A stretch of DNA of 64,000 nt from the human T2T-CHM13v2.0 reference genome, Homo sapiens. Where the stretch lies: assembly GCF_009914755.1 (NCBI RefSeq), contig NC_060947.1, one strand, 5' to 3'. How positions within the stretch are numbered: position 1 is the first letter of the stretch; each line of letters starts with the position of its first letter. The notes beneath the pieces are model-generated. The model saw only the letters and a list, made by a program, of their open reading frames with translations. It was not told the DNA's origin and made no database searches. Shown one piece after another: positions 43,092 through 57,900 of the stretch. The position numbers were made by a program, and so were the translations under genes.

Positions 43092-43446
43092 TGTTATAGA
43101 CTGAATTATGTCCCCCCCAAAATATATATGTTGAACTTCTAACCTCCACTGCTTCAAAATATGACTGTATTTGGCAATAGCGCCTTTAAGGAGGTAACTA
43201 AGGTAAAATGAGGTCATATGAGTGAGCCCTAAACCAATATAAATGGTGTCCTTATAAAAAAAAAACAAAAAAAAAGGAGATTAGAGCACACAAAGGGAAG
43301 ACTGTCAGGACACAGCCTGAAGGTAGCCATCTTCAAGCCAAGGAAAGGGGCCTGAGAAAAAATCAAATCTGCCAACACTTTGAGTGGGTTTGAATTTCTA
43401 GCCTCCAGAATTGTGAGAAAATAAATTTTTGTTGTTTAAGTCACTC
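43092..43446 (+). mobile_element. MLT1 (MLT1A/B-like) MaLR LTR, 3'-truncated
   Basis: tgttatagactgaattatgtccccccc...gcctccagaattgtgagaaaataaatttttgttgtttaagtcac. Confidence 0.8.
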
Positions 43447-44479
43447 AAAAGTAAAGAAAACTATGCCACCAAGTCAGGGATGCTAACAACTGTCAAGCAA
43501 AGACAAATGTGGACTTAGGTAAAGAGAACATTTATTCAAGAAAAGTATCTTTCTCTCTATGCCCTTCACCTACCTTCAAAGGTACAGGGCTAAAATAATC
43601 AAATATCAGCATTATTTTGATATGAATCCCAATCATCACATGGTTTTATTCATAGTTTACTGTCTCTAAAACAAAAGAATCATCCTTTTATTTTGACAAG
43701 CAGTGAGTAAAAACATAAAAATTGGGACAAAAAAAGTATTTTAAAAGAGTATTAAAATCACTCCAAAGTAAGGAAAACTACCCACCAAGTCAGGGATGCT
43801 AACAACTGTCAAGCAAAAACAAATGTAGACTTAGGTAAACAGAAAACTTATTCAAGAAAAGTATTAAAATAAGGAGAATGTTCTGATGTTAAAATCTGCA
43901 TGCATCTAAATATCAGACTGAAAAATGCTTTTCTTTTATAGGAAGGAGTAAGCAGAGATAGCAGGAATTTAAGAAGGGAAATTGAGTGAATGAGTAGAAG
44001 CAAGCAGACAGCAGGATCAGGGCTGTCGGTTTCTCACTGTGGCGAGCCAATTCTCAGGATGAGCTTTTAACAGGCAGTGTTCTGCAGTGTTAACATTTGC
44101 TCAGATTTGGAGGCAAGCCAGAGTTCAGAAGCCTGTGTAAAGGAGAGAAATTTGACTAAAGGTTGGTCAAGTGAAGGCAGAGGATAAGTAATGGGCAATT
44201 GTGAACACCTGGTCACAATCTTATCAGGTAATACTGAATTTATTAAAGGTCTAATCTATATCTTAATAATGGAGATTAGAAATGATGCAGTGAGGACTAC
44301 ATGAGATAACATACATTAGGAACTTAATCCTTTGCCTAGCATTTACCAGGCACTTAAAAGATGCATTTAAATGGAGAGGGAACACTCTTTGAGAGCAGTT
44401 GATTGTGATCCCAAAGTTTCATGTGCATACAAATCACCTGGAGATCTTGTGAAAATGCAGATTTTTACTCAAGAGTTTA

Positions 44480-45137
44480 TGAAAGGAAATAGAATCTGGG
44501 GACTTCAAACTCACTATGCCTAAGGGAAAGTTAAGCTTGAGAAGTGAATCACACAACAAACTGCCTTCCTTTTGTTCCCAGATAGCTGTAATTTCACAAG
44601 CCTGTGTCATAGGCTCAAACCTAAGCCAGTTCCCCTCAATAATAGAAGGCCACTTATCTCCCCAGAAGGCTTCCCTCACAAAATTCAAGAGGAAATTACT
44701 TGTTGGCCCCTAAATCTTTCAGGAAAACTGAGTTCTGTTCAATCTCATCCTGACAATATTAATTACAAGCTAATCTTCACAGGTATGGGACAAGGATAAG
44801 GCCAGAAATATCCCTCTCTCTACCCCCAGACAAATGAATAATTGACTTTTTCTCTACTCCCTCTTTTCACATGTAAAATGTAGATTCACTGAGCGCTAAT
44901 CAGAGCCTCATGGCTTAAATGTAAACACTTGCCTCATGGCCTATCCTCCTACCTCTTTTTTCCTCCCCTTCTGCTTGCTCTTTCCCCTTTAAATATTGAA
45001 GTTCGAAAAATGCTCTTAAGTAAAACCACAGGTCACAGACCCTTCCGTGACTTCTGTTTCTTTTTCCTGGGTGCATCCTCAACCTTGGCTAAATAAACCT
45101 CTAATTGAGACCTACCTCAGTAATTTTTTGGTGTACA
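44480..45137 (+). mobile_element. MER4-group ERV1 solo LTR inserted in a MER5-like DNA element
   Basis: tgaaaggaaatagaatctggggac...aaataaacctc...gtgtaca. Flanks read aatcacctggagatcttgtgaaaatgcagatt and aggtctaggatggaaccc. Confidence 0.65.
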
Positions 45138-46515
45138 AGGTCTAGGATGGAACCCAGACTTGAGAAGACCAATAAAACTGAGGGCTAAAAATTTGGGGTT
45201 TAGTTACATAGTGTAGAATCTTTTCTTTTTTTTTAATCTAGCTAATGCAGGACATAATGGAGAATCTCACAACTGAATTGGATTTTGATAGGAATACAAA
45301 TAACTATCGGAAAACCAAAGGGGATAAATCCAGCTTTGAATTTGGAATTGTAGCTAGTTTGACAAGTCTCACAATATTAAAACAATATTAAATGCATGAT
45401 TGAGAAATTACTCCACAGATACCTTTGAGCACCCGATATATGTTTACATGGTAGATAAGTAAATATGCTAATTAATGTATATTTTAAAATATTAGAAATA
45501 CCTTATATAATAACTGAAATGACAGAAATTAAAAATTTAATAATGAAACAGTTATTTCCTATTATGAGGTCAATTTGTTTCTAGTTTTATCACCACTTTC
45601 AAAAAATTAAAATCTGTTTATTATACAATTCATTTGGTGTTTTTTCTAGGATAAACTTCCCTAGAATATTATTAAGATCCTCTGTTATCTTCTGTTCATG
45701 CGGAAAAATTAAACATGAAAAAGTTTGAACATTTTAAATTGGTTTTAATTAAAAGCCATATACTCCTAGAAATAAATAGTATAGTGCATAAGATTGTCAT
45801 ATAGTACTTGTTTCTAAACAGCTATGTACTCTGAAAAAATTTTGAAGCAAGCAATTTTAATTTGTTTTTGTTGTTTTACTAGAAATACATTGTAGAAACC
45901 AATAAAAAGATGAATTATTTTCCAAGATAATTAGAGGGCAAATATATCAGTTTAACAAACCAGAGACCGAACAAAACAAGATACAATTTTTTTGTTTCAT
46001 TTAAATTTCTTGGCATCCATATATTTGTTTAAAATTGAGTTGCTTCCTCCAAATGTAGTATTTATAAGGATTTGGGTGTGGTGAGTATAAGATTATTATT
46101 TTCGTCTTCTGTGTGGTGCCTGAATGAAACCTGAAATAGAGCTTGCCAACTCAATGCAAATGAATACAACCACATGGGAGTCAGTTTAAAGTAGTAAACT
46201 GCTATTTGGTAGAATATTGTGCTCTAATGTAAATTATAAACAACCTCCCAGCCATTGATTGGTGCATTTTTGTTAAAATATCAGGAACTAACCATTCAAT
46301 TCCATTTCATTTCATATTTTCACACAGATAGCATATTCTTTTGGACTCAGAAAAGCAACAGGCCGAGTACTTTGAACTGAAGAAGCAGCCTTAGAACCAG
46401 TCTTTCTGATCTCCTTCCCTCCCATCTCTTACCTCTCTTCCTCTCCGGAAGCACAGGCAGGGCCTTTCTCTGAAGTTTCTTTATCGAACTCAGGTAAATT
46501 CCTCCAGAAGGATTG

Positions 46516-46902
46516 TGATATGGTTAGGCTTTGTGTCACCACCCAAATCTCATCTTGAATTGTAATCCGCATAATCCCTATAATGCCCACATGTCAAGGG
46601 AGAGACCAGGTGGAGGTAATTAAATCATGGGGGCAGTTTCCCCCATGCTGTTCTTGCGATAGTGATGAGTTCTCACAAAATCTTATGGGTTTATAAGGGG
46701 CTCTTCCCTCTTTGCTGGGCACTTCTTTTTCCTGCCAGCTTGTGAAGAAGGTGCCTTGCTTTCCCTTCAACTTCCACCATGATTGTAAATTTCATGAGGC
46801 CTCCACAGCCATGTGGAACTGTGAGTCAGTTAAACCTTTTTCCTTTATAAATTACCCTGTCTTGGGCAGTTCTTCAGAGCAGTATGAAAACAGACGAATA
46901 CA
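46516..46902 (+). mobile_element. THE1D-like MaLR LTR nested in an older ERV1-like LTR (~46340-47290)
   Basis: tgatatggttaggctttgtgtcaccacccaaatctcatcttgaattgt...cagacgaataca. Confidence 0.85.
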
Positions 46903-47304
46903 CGTTGCAATTGTTTTGGGCCCCCTCCCAATAATCTCATCACACAGAGATGATTAACTCACATGAAAGAATATTTAGAGTGGACACCACATCCAGAACC
47001 CAGAGGAACTTTGTCTTAGGCTATTGCTTCTTTTTCCAGCCCATTTATCTCTCCCAAAAATCATTTATTCTTTCTCTAAAACTGTCTACATCTCCAAACT
47101 TTCCTCTTCCCTATGATGAAGGTATTTAAATTTCAACCATATGGCCCTTCTTTGTTTTTCATATTTTGTATGACTTCTCTGCACTTGCATGTTAATACAT
47201 TTATATGCCTTTTCTTCTGTTAATCTGTCTCTGTCAGTTTATTTCAGCAGACTGAATTGTTGAACCTTCAGAGGAAAATTTAAACTTTTCCACAATTATC
47301 ACTT

Positions 47305-48117
47305 CTTTTCTTTTTTCTTTCTTTCTTTTTTTTTTTTTTAAGAGACAGGCTTTTACTTTGTTGCCTGTAGGAGGTTGGTCAGGGTAGTGGGTAAAAGTTA
47401 TAGGGAAAGATGCAAACCTTCTTGGAAGGCTGAGAGGTTTTGCAAAAGCTTTGAAAGAGGATTTGGCTGAAGGCCCCCAAATTCTCTTATCTGGAGCCTG
47501 AGAGCAAAGGGTATATAACAAGGGAATGTAAAGGAGCTTATCTAGATAAATTTATTTAGTCCTGTCTCCAGAAACCAACTTTTGATCATTCGCATGCAGG
47601 ACTGCTCTCTACTCAGGGGTCAACAATGTTTATTACCCACAAATTGTGTTTGCTCCAAGCCTTTGTCATTAAATCTGTACTAAATAAATGTGAGCAGGGC
47701 TGGCTTATGGGGGCTGCACTCTCTCGGTGGCTGCAGCACTCTCGGCGGCGGTGCTGAGCCGTGAAGTCCCGTAGCCATGCTGTCAGGCAAAATACCTGTG
47801 TCAGTGTACTTCTTTCATCTGTCGCTCAGCCAGTCTGTGGGACAGACTCGGCAACTGCCCAAGCTGGAGTGCAGTGGTGTGATTATTGCTCACTACAACC
47901 TTGACCTTCTGTGCTCAGGTGATCTTTCCACCTCAATCTCCCTAGTAACTGGGACTACAGGCACTTGCCACAATACCCACCTAATTTCATACTTTCTGTA
48001 GAGATGAGGCTTCACTATGTTGCCCAAGCTGGTCTTGAACTCCAGGGCTCAAATGGTCTTCTCATCTCAGCCTCCCAAAGTGCTGTGATTACAGGTATGA
48101 TCCACTGTGCCCAGCCT
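47305..48117 (-). mobile_element. AluJ interrupted by an LTR22
   Basis: gagacaggcttttactttgttgcc | LTR | actgcccaagctggagtgcagtgg... Confidence 0.85.
47366..47853 (+). mobile_element. LTR22-family (HML-5) solo LTR
   Basis: tgtaggaggttggtcagggtagtggg...gggacagactcggca. Homologous to 1647-2109. Duplicated tgcc flanks. Confidence 0.8.
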
Positions 48118-48852
48118 CATTTTTTAAAAATATATTCAACTTTCATTTTCAGTGTATGTGTACATATATACTTAATATATTTGAAAATTATGCCTATTTT
48201 GCTTATGTAAAAAAATTAGGAGATCATTTTTTCTTGGAATAAAATCTGATCTAGTAAGGAATGGTAATTCAGGAAATGACCACTATGAAGTAGTGAAGCC
48301 CCTTTCCATACCAAATCTAAAGATTGTGACCAGGTAAATAAAATTCTCTGACCCATGACTGACACTTACCATTGTGAGGTATTCTAATAATCAATTCAAT
48401 GAGTTTCTTTCTGCTTCTGGTTTTACATTTTCCAGTAAGAATGCTTAAATGGAATTATATTTTTTAGAAAAATGACAAAGATGTTGTAAATTCTAAGAAA
48501 CCCTCCAAGAAAACATTTTATTCATTGTATGTCTAGTCAAATGCAATCCCCAATTGGAGAGTTGCATTTAACACTAGAAGAAGATTTGCTGTTAATGACT
48601 CAGAAAAAAAGAGAAATAAACATAATATTGGGAGAAAAAAACAAATCCCAACTCAGCCAGTAATTTGTTGGGTAACCTGGAACAAGTCAGGAATGCCTTC
48701 TAGATACATATATCTTGAATCATAAAACATGGCATTGACCTATACAGATAATCTTCATATTCACAATTTCTATTTATTTTCCTATCTTGAGCCTACATCT
48801 TGCCAGGTTTTGTAATTTATTTGTTTGAATTGACTGGACAATATTATATGAT

Positions 48853-49207
48853 TGTATTAGTTCATTTTCATGCTGCTGATAAAGACATACCTGAGACTGG
48901 GAAGAAAAAGAGGTTTAATTGTACTTACACTTTCACATGGCTGGGAGGCCTCAGAATCAAGGCGGAAGGTGAAAGGCACTTCTTACGTGGTGGCAGCAAG
49001 AGAAAATGAGGGAGATGCAAGAGTGCAAACCCCTGATAAAACCGTCAGATCTCGTGAGACTTACCCGCTGCCACGAGAACACGATGGGAGAAACCACCCC
49101 CATGATTCAAATTAACTCCCACTGGGTCCCTCCCACAACACGTGGAAATTATAGTAGCACAATTCAAGATGAGATTTGCATGGGGACACAGAGAAAAACC
49201 ATTATCA
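48853..49207 (-). mobile_element. THE1A/B MaLR LTR
   Basis: tgtattagttcattttcatgctgctgataaagacatacctgagactggg...ccattatca. Perfect 5-bp TSD atgat. Confidence 0.88.
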
Positions 49208-49649
49208 ATGATTTTGATGGCTAAACGGGCATATTTGAGCTAAAGTAAAATTACAAAATGTTAAATTTCATGGACTAGAGAGATCATTAATCATTGTAGA
49301 TTATTATTTGACTTTACCATAATTATAATGTGAACCTGATCAATAAGAATAATCACTTTTCTTTTTAGTTATGGTTTTGCATGGATCATTTGTAATAATT
49401 AAGTCAGAGAGATGAGCTGAAAGATTCAGTGAGGGTGAGAAGAAGGCTCGTAAAAAGATTTTTATGCCTACGCTGAAAAGTTCAGCCATCTTTAACACAT
49501 TCTTAACACAGTCTCAAGCATAAGCTTGAGAGATTATTCCAGATACAATTTGGGAGAGCAATATATACTATGGCATGAAATATAAATGGATTACTTAATA
49601 AACATATATGGTATGCTGTGTGACATCTTCTTGTTATGTATCAGGAAGT

Positions 49650-50250
49650 GTTACTTTCCACAGGTTCTTAGGGTCCCATGCAATAGAAATTGACATGAGG
49701 CCAAGTCATGTATTTGCTATTGTTTCCCATGCAAGACTTTACTAGAGGTTTATGTTTAAACACAAGAGAAACAGCACTAGAGGGAAGGTTCTTCTGCTGG
49801 CTTCCTGACAGGAGTGCATTGTGGTGCCTTGAGAATGACATGTATAAATCATGATGTAGGTGAGAGTCACTACATGTGTGAGGTGGAGTGCAGGGTGCAC
49901 AGGTGTAATAAGAAATCATGCTAACACATACATCACATGATCAGAAAATGGCAGATAAGCCCCTCCCTGGATGGGAAGTTTAGTGTTAAAATGAAGCAAG
50001 GAGCAAAGATCCGTCATTCTTCTAAGTCTTGTGCGCATACATGCAATAAAATTAACTTCCTTGAGTAAGATTTATTATAAGTTGAATGCTGCTTATCTTA
50101 GTTTAAGGTCCCGTGATCAGTGGGTATGGCGACTTGAGTAAGATTCATAGTTTCTTCAAGGTCTTGTGGTTAGTGGGTAAGAAAGAAAAAGAAACAAAAT
50201 GCATTAGTCGGGGGAGGGGGAGGGATGACTTCCATCCCTACTCTGTCTCA
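49650..50250 (-). mobile_element. Probable ERV solo LTR (family uncertain)
   Basis: LTR-like composition ending in ctactctgtctca (minus strand tgagacagagtag). Confidence 0.45.
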
Positions 50251-50320
50251 GAAGCTATGCCTAAACTTGAGAAGTTATTCTGACAGTGAAATTAACATTA
50301 TCTTCACCCCTTCATTACCC

Positions 50321-51190
<870 letters not shown>

Positions 51191-52404
51191 TTATCATATT
51201 TCTCAAGAGAAAGCTTTTATTTAAAAAACTGCTGCCAATTTACTCTGCGAGTAAATGAAAATTTGCTTCCCTTCAAGTGTAAATATGACCTAAACTGTCA
51301 TTATTAATAATATTGATCTTTACAAACAGTTTCATCTTTACAATTTTCTCTTCCACCTTCCTTCTTCTTTATCTTCTTTCCTCCATATCCAAAATCATCA
51401 CCTCATTTTTTGCCATTGACTCACATCTTTCTTGCTGTTTCTACTGTTAAAAATTAAACAGTGGTCCTTGTCATTCCTTACCAGAATTACAGAAAGAAAA
51501 TCACAGATAGAATAGAGTGGTGTTGTGTGACATTATGTAATAGAATGTGCGACCTTACTGGTCTGTCTTTCTGCCTCCAATTTCTGTCTCCGACCCCTAA
51601 ACTACTGTCTACTTTGGCTTCAGAATTACTTTCTAAAACGAAGATGGTATCAGAGAATGTCTACGATCAATACCTTCCATTGTGTTTCCGTGTTTAATAG
51701 TATTAGTAATAATAAAACTATGTTATACAACTTGAAACGTATTCCTCTCCAAAATCAGTCTGACTCATACATCCATCCCTCTGTCACTTTCCACAAACCA
51801 TTCTCAGATTCAGCCATTCAAAAGTCTGTGAATTTTTGTGCTTGGCTGTTTTCCTTATGTACTTAAAATCATTTCCCCAGCATACCTCTCCCTTCCCTAA
51901 CCTCTTTGTTTTATTGGCAAATTTCTACTCATCCTTCTTGACTAACTTCCTCTATTAATCAGTTATCTCTCTCTGCAATCATATAGAAATGCATTTTTCC
52001 CTCTATTCTAGAAATTGTCATGGTCTATCTGTGTTACAGAAATTAGTGGACAGATTTCAGGACACTGTGTACATTAGCAAAGACTACGCTTTGCAAAGTG
52101 TCATATAATTGAGGGCAAGGTTGTTCCAGCATAAGATTGCATCCACTGAAGGAAGGAATACATTATTATAATTTTTACCGTTGTGACATATGCTCAGTAA
52201 GGTTTTCTTATGCACATGAAGGGAGCACCTACTTCAAATTTACCGTCTCTGTGTGAGCTGGGCCAGCCCTATGCAATCTTGCTTCCTCCTCTGGAATGTG
52301 ATTCCCTTGAATGCAGAAATTAAACTGTGTTGGAGGACTGAATAGAATAAAACTGTAATTATGTTATTGAGAATTCACTTTAAAGGTGACAAAGTTTATG
52401 TATT

Positions 52405-53180
52405 CTTATTGCAGTAAAAATACATAAAGTGAGATCTACTCTCTTAACACATTTTAAATTAGACAGTACAATATTGTTAACTATAGACACAGTGTTATAT
52501 AGCAGATCTCTGGAGCTTTCTCAAATTGCATAATTAAAACTTTATACCCATTGAATAGCAGCTTCCCATTTCCCCCTCCTTGAGCCCCTGATTGTACTTT
52601 CTGCTTCTAGGAATTTGACTAGTTTACATACCTCATATAGATGGAGTAATACAATATTTGTCTTTCTGTGACTGGCTTATTTTCAGTAACAATAATATCC
52701 TCCAGGTTCAACCGTGTTGTCCCCTTGTTCACTGATAGTCTGAGGAAATGCACTGATTTTTATGTATTGATTTAGTGTTCTGCAACCTTATTGAATTTGT
52801 TCATTAGTTTAATTTTTGTGGTATCTTTAAGGTGTTTTACATATAACATCATGTTATCTGCAAACAGATAATTTTACTTCTTCCTTTTCTATTTGGATCC
52901 CTAAAAGGGATTTTTCTTTTTCTTGACAAATCATTCTGCCTAGGACTTCAGTACTGTGTTGAATAAAAGTGGCAAGAGTACGTAATCTTAGGATAAAATA
53001 TTTTAGTTTTTTACCATCAAGTATGATGTTAGCTTTTAGCTTTTCATATATGGCTTTCATTGTGTTAAGGTAATTTCCTTATATTCATAGTTTTTGTATC
53101 ATGAAAGGGTTTTTATATTTGGCACATGCTTTTTCTGCATCTATTGAGATGATCATGTGATTTTTTTTCATCCTTCATTC
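52405..53180 (-). mobile_element. L1MA/MB 3'UTR and ORF2 fragments
   Basis: atctactctcttaac...cagatctctggagct, and the ORF track KAIYEKLKANIILDGKKLK. Confidence 0.75.
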
Positions 53181-55573
53181 TGATAGTCTCTCTCCATATT
53201 CTACCTTTCGTTTTAAAAAGTGAGATGGTCCATAATGTTAACATGGATGTGGAAAAACATGAAATTACTCTTCAAATTACAGAAAAACAGTAATTACTTC
53301 CTTCGTCTATTACATGGTATTTGAGATGGTACCCTTGGTGCTAAAATGCTGGCACCCTTGGCATGTGGAATCTTTACAGGCTAACTGGTAATGCCATTGA
53401 TAAGGAACCCAGAGGAGACCTTTAAGAATACAAAGTTATCATTTTCCAATTTTCTTCTAATTATATCTCTTGAAAAAATTGCAGTGTTTATTGTAGGATA
53501 AAGGTTTCACAGTATTAGGAGAAAGAAGTGTGAGTAAAACTGGACAAGGCTCTGCAGTGTGTAAGGGGCTCAAATTATGTGTAACTTTATGAACATTTAC
53601 CATATTGATGGAGACTTCCGATTTCATACAACTCGCACCCGGTTTGCCAGTGGGCATCATGAGGTCAATACATGTTTCCAAATGTTCATGAAACAGATGG
53701 GTTTTCAACTTCTGTATGTGACCCAGGATATGAAGGGGTTTATGGGGAGGAGCTTAGCTATGAAAAAAAAAAGAGCAGTAATAACAAATTGAATTAAAGT
53801 CACAGGGCAAATGGAATGAGGCTATCATTAAAAATGATGAAGGAAAAAAGATAATAATACCCAATCTCTTCAGCTAAAAAAGAACTTTCATAAAACCCAA
53901 ATTAGTTGCCTAAATGTAAAATTACATTTACAAATTCAGCAAAATATAAAAGTTTAATTTTTCACTTTCATATTCAATAAAATTAAACAAAATATTATTT
54001 TTAAACACCACGTATTAATTATGATTAAATGGTTATACATTGATGGTTGAATATTTGGAAATATACATAATATATATTGCTAGCAGGATGTCTGCATTAG
54101 CAGAGACAAAAATCTCAAGAGACTAAGAGACGATGAAAGAAGTAACATTGCAAAGAATCAGTCTAGTGCCCTGGATTTTTTCATACAATTATATGGGAGA
54201 TGGCTAGAGTGACTTTCAATATATTTCACAACTGGTATGACATAGCTTCACATTAAATTGTTGTAGACAATAAATCAACAAGAAGGCCTTGCAGGGTCTT
54301 CTACTTGGGAATGAGCATGCTTGCCCTCCCGACTTTAGTTTGACATGGCAAGGCTGAAACTCCTTTTAGTATGTAGAGCTCTAGTGTGGGACTGGACAAA
54401 TTTGCATAAGTTATTCAGGGATACTAAATCACATCCTGGCTTTTTAAAGTCAGCAATTCCTGGACTATCATCTGAATTGCTTCTGACGTAGGTTTGCAGA
54501 CAGAAAAGGACAACAAAGGCCTGTAAGATGAATCGTCCAGAGGAAGAGGATATCTAAGTTGTCTCAATAAAAGTCTAAGGGTTGGTAGGGGAGGACTGAT
54601 TATATACTACACAAGTAGCTGCAACTAGAAGCCAATCTCAACCCAGCCCTAGATCAAAAGGTTTTACTTGATGCTCTTGCCTCCCCTATACAGATCAGCT
54701 CAGTAACATCTGCTGATTTCTTATGTGGGAACTCAGGAATATACATACCAGATGTTCACATGCTGGGTATCACAGTGAAGATAGAGCCCAGGGTTGTGTC
54801 AATACAGTGATGTGCACTTTACAGTGTTTATGTGCTTTGAATGGGGTCCAGTAACCTCTCCTTGCAGAAGGTGCATTTCCTCGGGGACTGAGTCATGATT
54901 CTGCTCCCCCATTCAATCTGCCACCATTCACATGAGAGCAGACACTTCTTTAGATTTCTGACATTTGATAGGATGTATTTTTAAGGCTTTTGTAGCTTTT
55001 CCCCTATTCTGAGAATTTCTATGAATCTTGCCATATTTTTAAAGAACTGTTTATATTTTCAAAGAGCTTTTACATAAAGCATTTCAATTTTACTTAAAAG
55101 TTCAAATGGAGCAGCCAAAATGAAACAACTAGTCTTTTCTTGATGGCAGTGTTAGTCAAATGTTTCGGTTTTATACATGTAAAGCTGCCAAATGGAGGCT
55201 TAATTACAGCATTCAACAGGTGATTCTTAATGGCAAATCAGGCCTCACACATTTAATTAAGAACAGCTGTCAACTAGGTGGCTTGACATTATCTATTGTG
55301 CATAATTGCATTTTTCAATATACTTGGAAATATAATTAAATGCACAGTTTAATTGATGCATTCCCCCATATAAATTATTGCAAACTGTGTAATCTATTAC
55401 ATTGAAGGCATTATTTCACATTTGACAGCAGTATAATTTCATGACTTTTGCTCTTTGCTAATACTTTTTCTTACAAAACAAAGTATATGTAAAAAAGTAG
55501 TGACTTAATAAATATGAATGATAGATTAAGTGCTGTTATATTTTGATTAATTGATATAAAAACTACAGAGTCA

Positions 55574-55845
55574 CAGAAATGGAAAACCAAACATCATATG
55601 TTCTCACTCATAAGTGGGAGCTAAACTATGAGTATGCAAAGGCATAAGAATGACACAATAGACTTTGGGGACTCAGAGGGAAAGGGTGGGAAGGGGCTCA
55701 GGGATAAAAGACTACAAATTAGGTTCAGTATATACTGCTCAGGTGACAGATGGACCAAAATCTCACAAATCACCACTAAAGAACTTACTCATATAACAAA
55801 ATACCACCTGTTCCCCAAAAACCCATGGAAGTAAAAAATTTTAAA
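55574..55845 (+). mobile_element. L1PB-like 3' terminal fragment
   Basis: accaaacatcatatgttctcactcataagtgggagc...cacctgttccccaaaaacc. TSD aaaaactacagagtca/aaaaactccacagtca. Confidence 0.82.
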
Positions 55846-56541
55846 AAACTCCACAGTCAAATATTAATATTCCAATAGTCCAATTCAAAGAATGAAATTT
55901 TCTTCCTTACTATGGTATTGAGAATTAAGCTTAGTATTTTTTTCTAAGGCTATAAATTAATATTACAAAGGGATTCAAAAGCTTTAGATCAAACTACTGT
56001 TCACATTATAATTACCAATTTTCACAAATTCAGAGGAATTAATTTAAATCAAACATTTCTTTAATGGAGAATAAAAAATATTTAGTATTAATGTAAAACA
56101 GCATTTTTCATGAGTGGTAATTTAAGTGTAAAATCAAACTCCACATATATAATATGATACAAGATTTTTCATGTACAAATGAACTCATAGACAACAGGTA
56201 AGTACAATACCTCTTTCAAGTTACTATTATTTCATTACACATGCATTTAAAATAGCGTAAATATATTTGATACATTTTAGTCTGTATCCTGTGCACCTTG
56301 TCAGATAAAAAAAATCAGTGCCTTTCTGAAAGAGAGTAACTCTATAAAACCTTCCTTTTAGAGTTGCTCTGTCCTCCATTGCTGTATTTGAAGAATCAAA
56401 CTGCCTTGAATCCCAAAGCCATAAGCAAATGAATTATTTTAACACGAAGGAGGTTGAAAGCAGATTCTTCCTTCCTTGAGCCTTTGAGAAGAACACAGCC
56501 CAGGTCAATCCCTTGATTGAAGAGTTATAAGATCTTAAGCA

Positions 56542-56851
56542 GGCCGGGTGCAGTTGCTCACGCCTGTAATCCCAGCACTTTGGGAGGCCGAGGTGGGTGG
56601 ATCACGAGGTCAGGAGTTCAAGACCAGCCTGGCCAAGATGATGAAACCCCATCTCTACTAAAAATACAAAAAAATTAGTCGGGCGTGCTGGCGGTGCCTG
56701 TAATCCCAGCTACTTCGGAGGCTGAGGCAGAGAATTGCTTGAACCTGGGAGGCGGAGGTTGCAGTGAGCCGAGATTGCGCACTGCACTCCAGCCTGGGCA
56801 ACAGAGCAAGAGTCTGTCTCAAAAAAACAAACAAACAAACAAACAAAAAAA
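56542..56851 (+). mobile_element. AluS inserted in an MLT1 LTR fragment (~56400-56985)
   Basis: TSD cttaagca. Flanks read cagattcttcc...acacagccc and gagataataaatgtgtattgtttgtagctgctaaattt. Confidence 0.92.
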
Positions 56852-57215
56852 CACCTTAAGCAGAGGATCCATTCCAGTTGTGTCCGCACTCCTGACCCAT
56901 GAAAACAGTGAGATAATAAATGTGTATTGTTTGTAGCTGCTAAATTTATGGTAATTTGTTATGCAATAATAGAAAACTAATATGCATAGGCTCCCAACAA
57001 AGCCAGGATGCCCACCCTTTGATATCATGGCACTTCTGGGTGTAGTCATAAAATTTGCTCACAGCTAGTGTAAGTCTTTGTTTATCTTTAAGGTTATGTT
57101 CTTTGTTTAGCAACTTGAGGACTGAGATTTTTATCTACATTTCTAGATTCTGTCAGAGTGCTTGGCACCGAATAGGTGCTCAATATTGTTTGCTGTCAGA
57201 TATTAACCGCTATAG

Positions 57216-57523
<308 letters not shown>

Positions 57524-57605
57524 TAGATTAACATTCTTACTGAGACCATCAGGACAGTGAAGTGATAGCAAGGTATTGAAAATACGGTCTATAAAAAAAG
57601 AAACA

Positions 57606-57900
57606 GGCTGAGCGAAGTGGCTCATGCCTGTAATCCCAGCACTTGGGAGGCTGAAGTGGGCAGATTACTTGAGCCCAGGAGTTCGAGACCAGCTTGGACC
57701 ACATGGCGAAAACTCTGTCTCTACAAAGAATAAAAAATTAGCTGGATGTGGTGATGTGCTACTTGGTGGGGGGCTGAAGTGGGAGGATCATTTGAGCCCA
57801 GGAGTTTGAGGCTGGAGTAAACAGTGATTATGCCCCTGCACTCCAGCCTGGGCAACAGAGAGAGACCTTGTCTCAAAACAAACAAACAAACAAAAAGGAG
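57606..57900 (+). mobile_element. AluJ
   Basis: ttgagcccaggagttcgagacc and ggaggatcatttgagcccagg. Confidence 0.9.
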
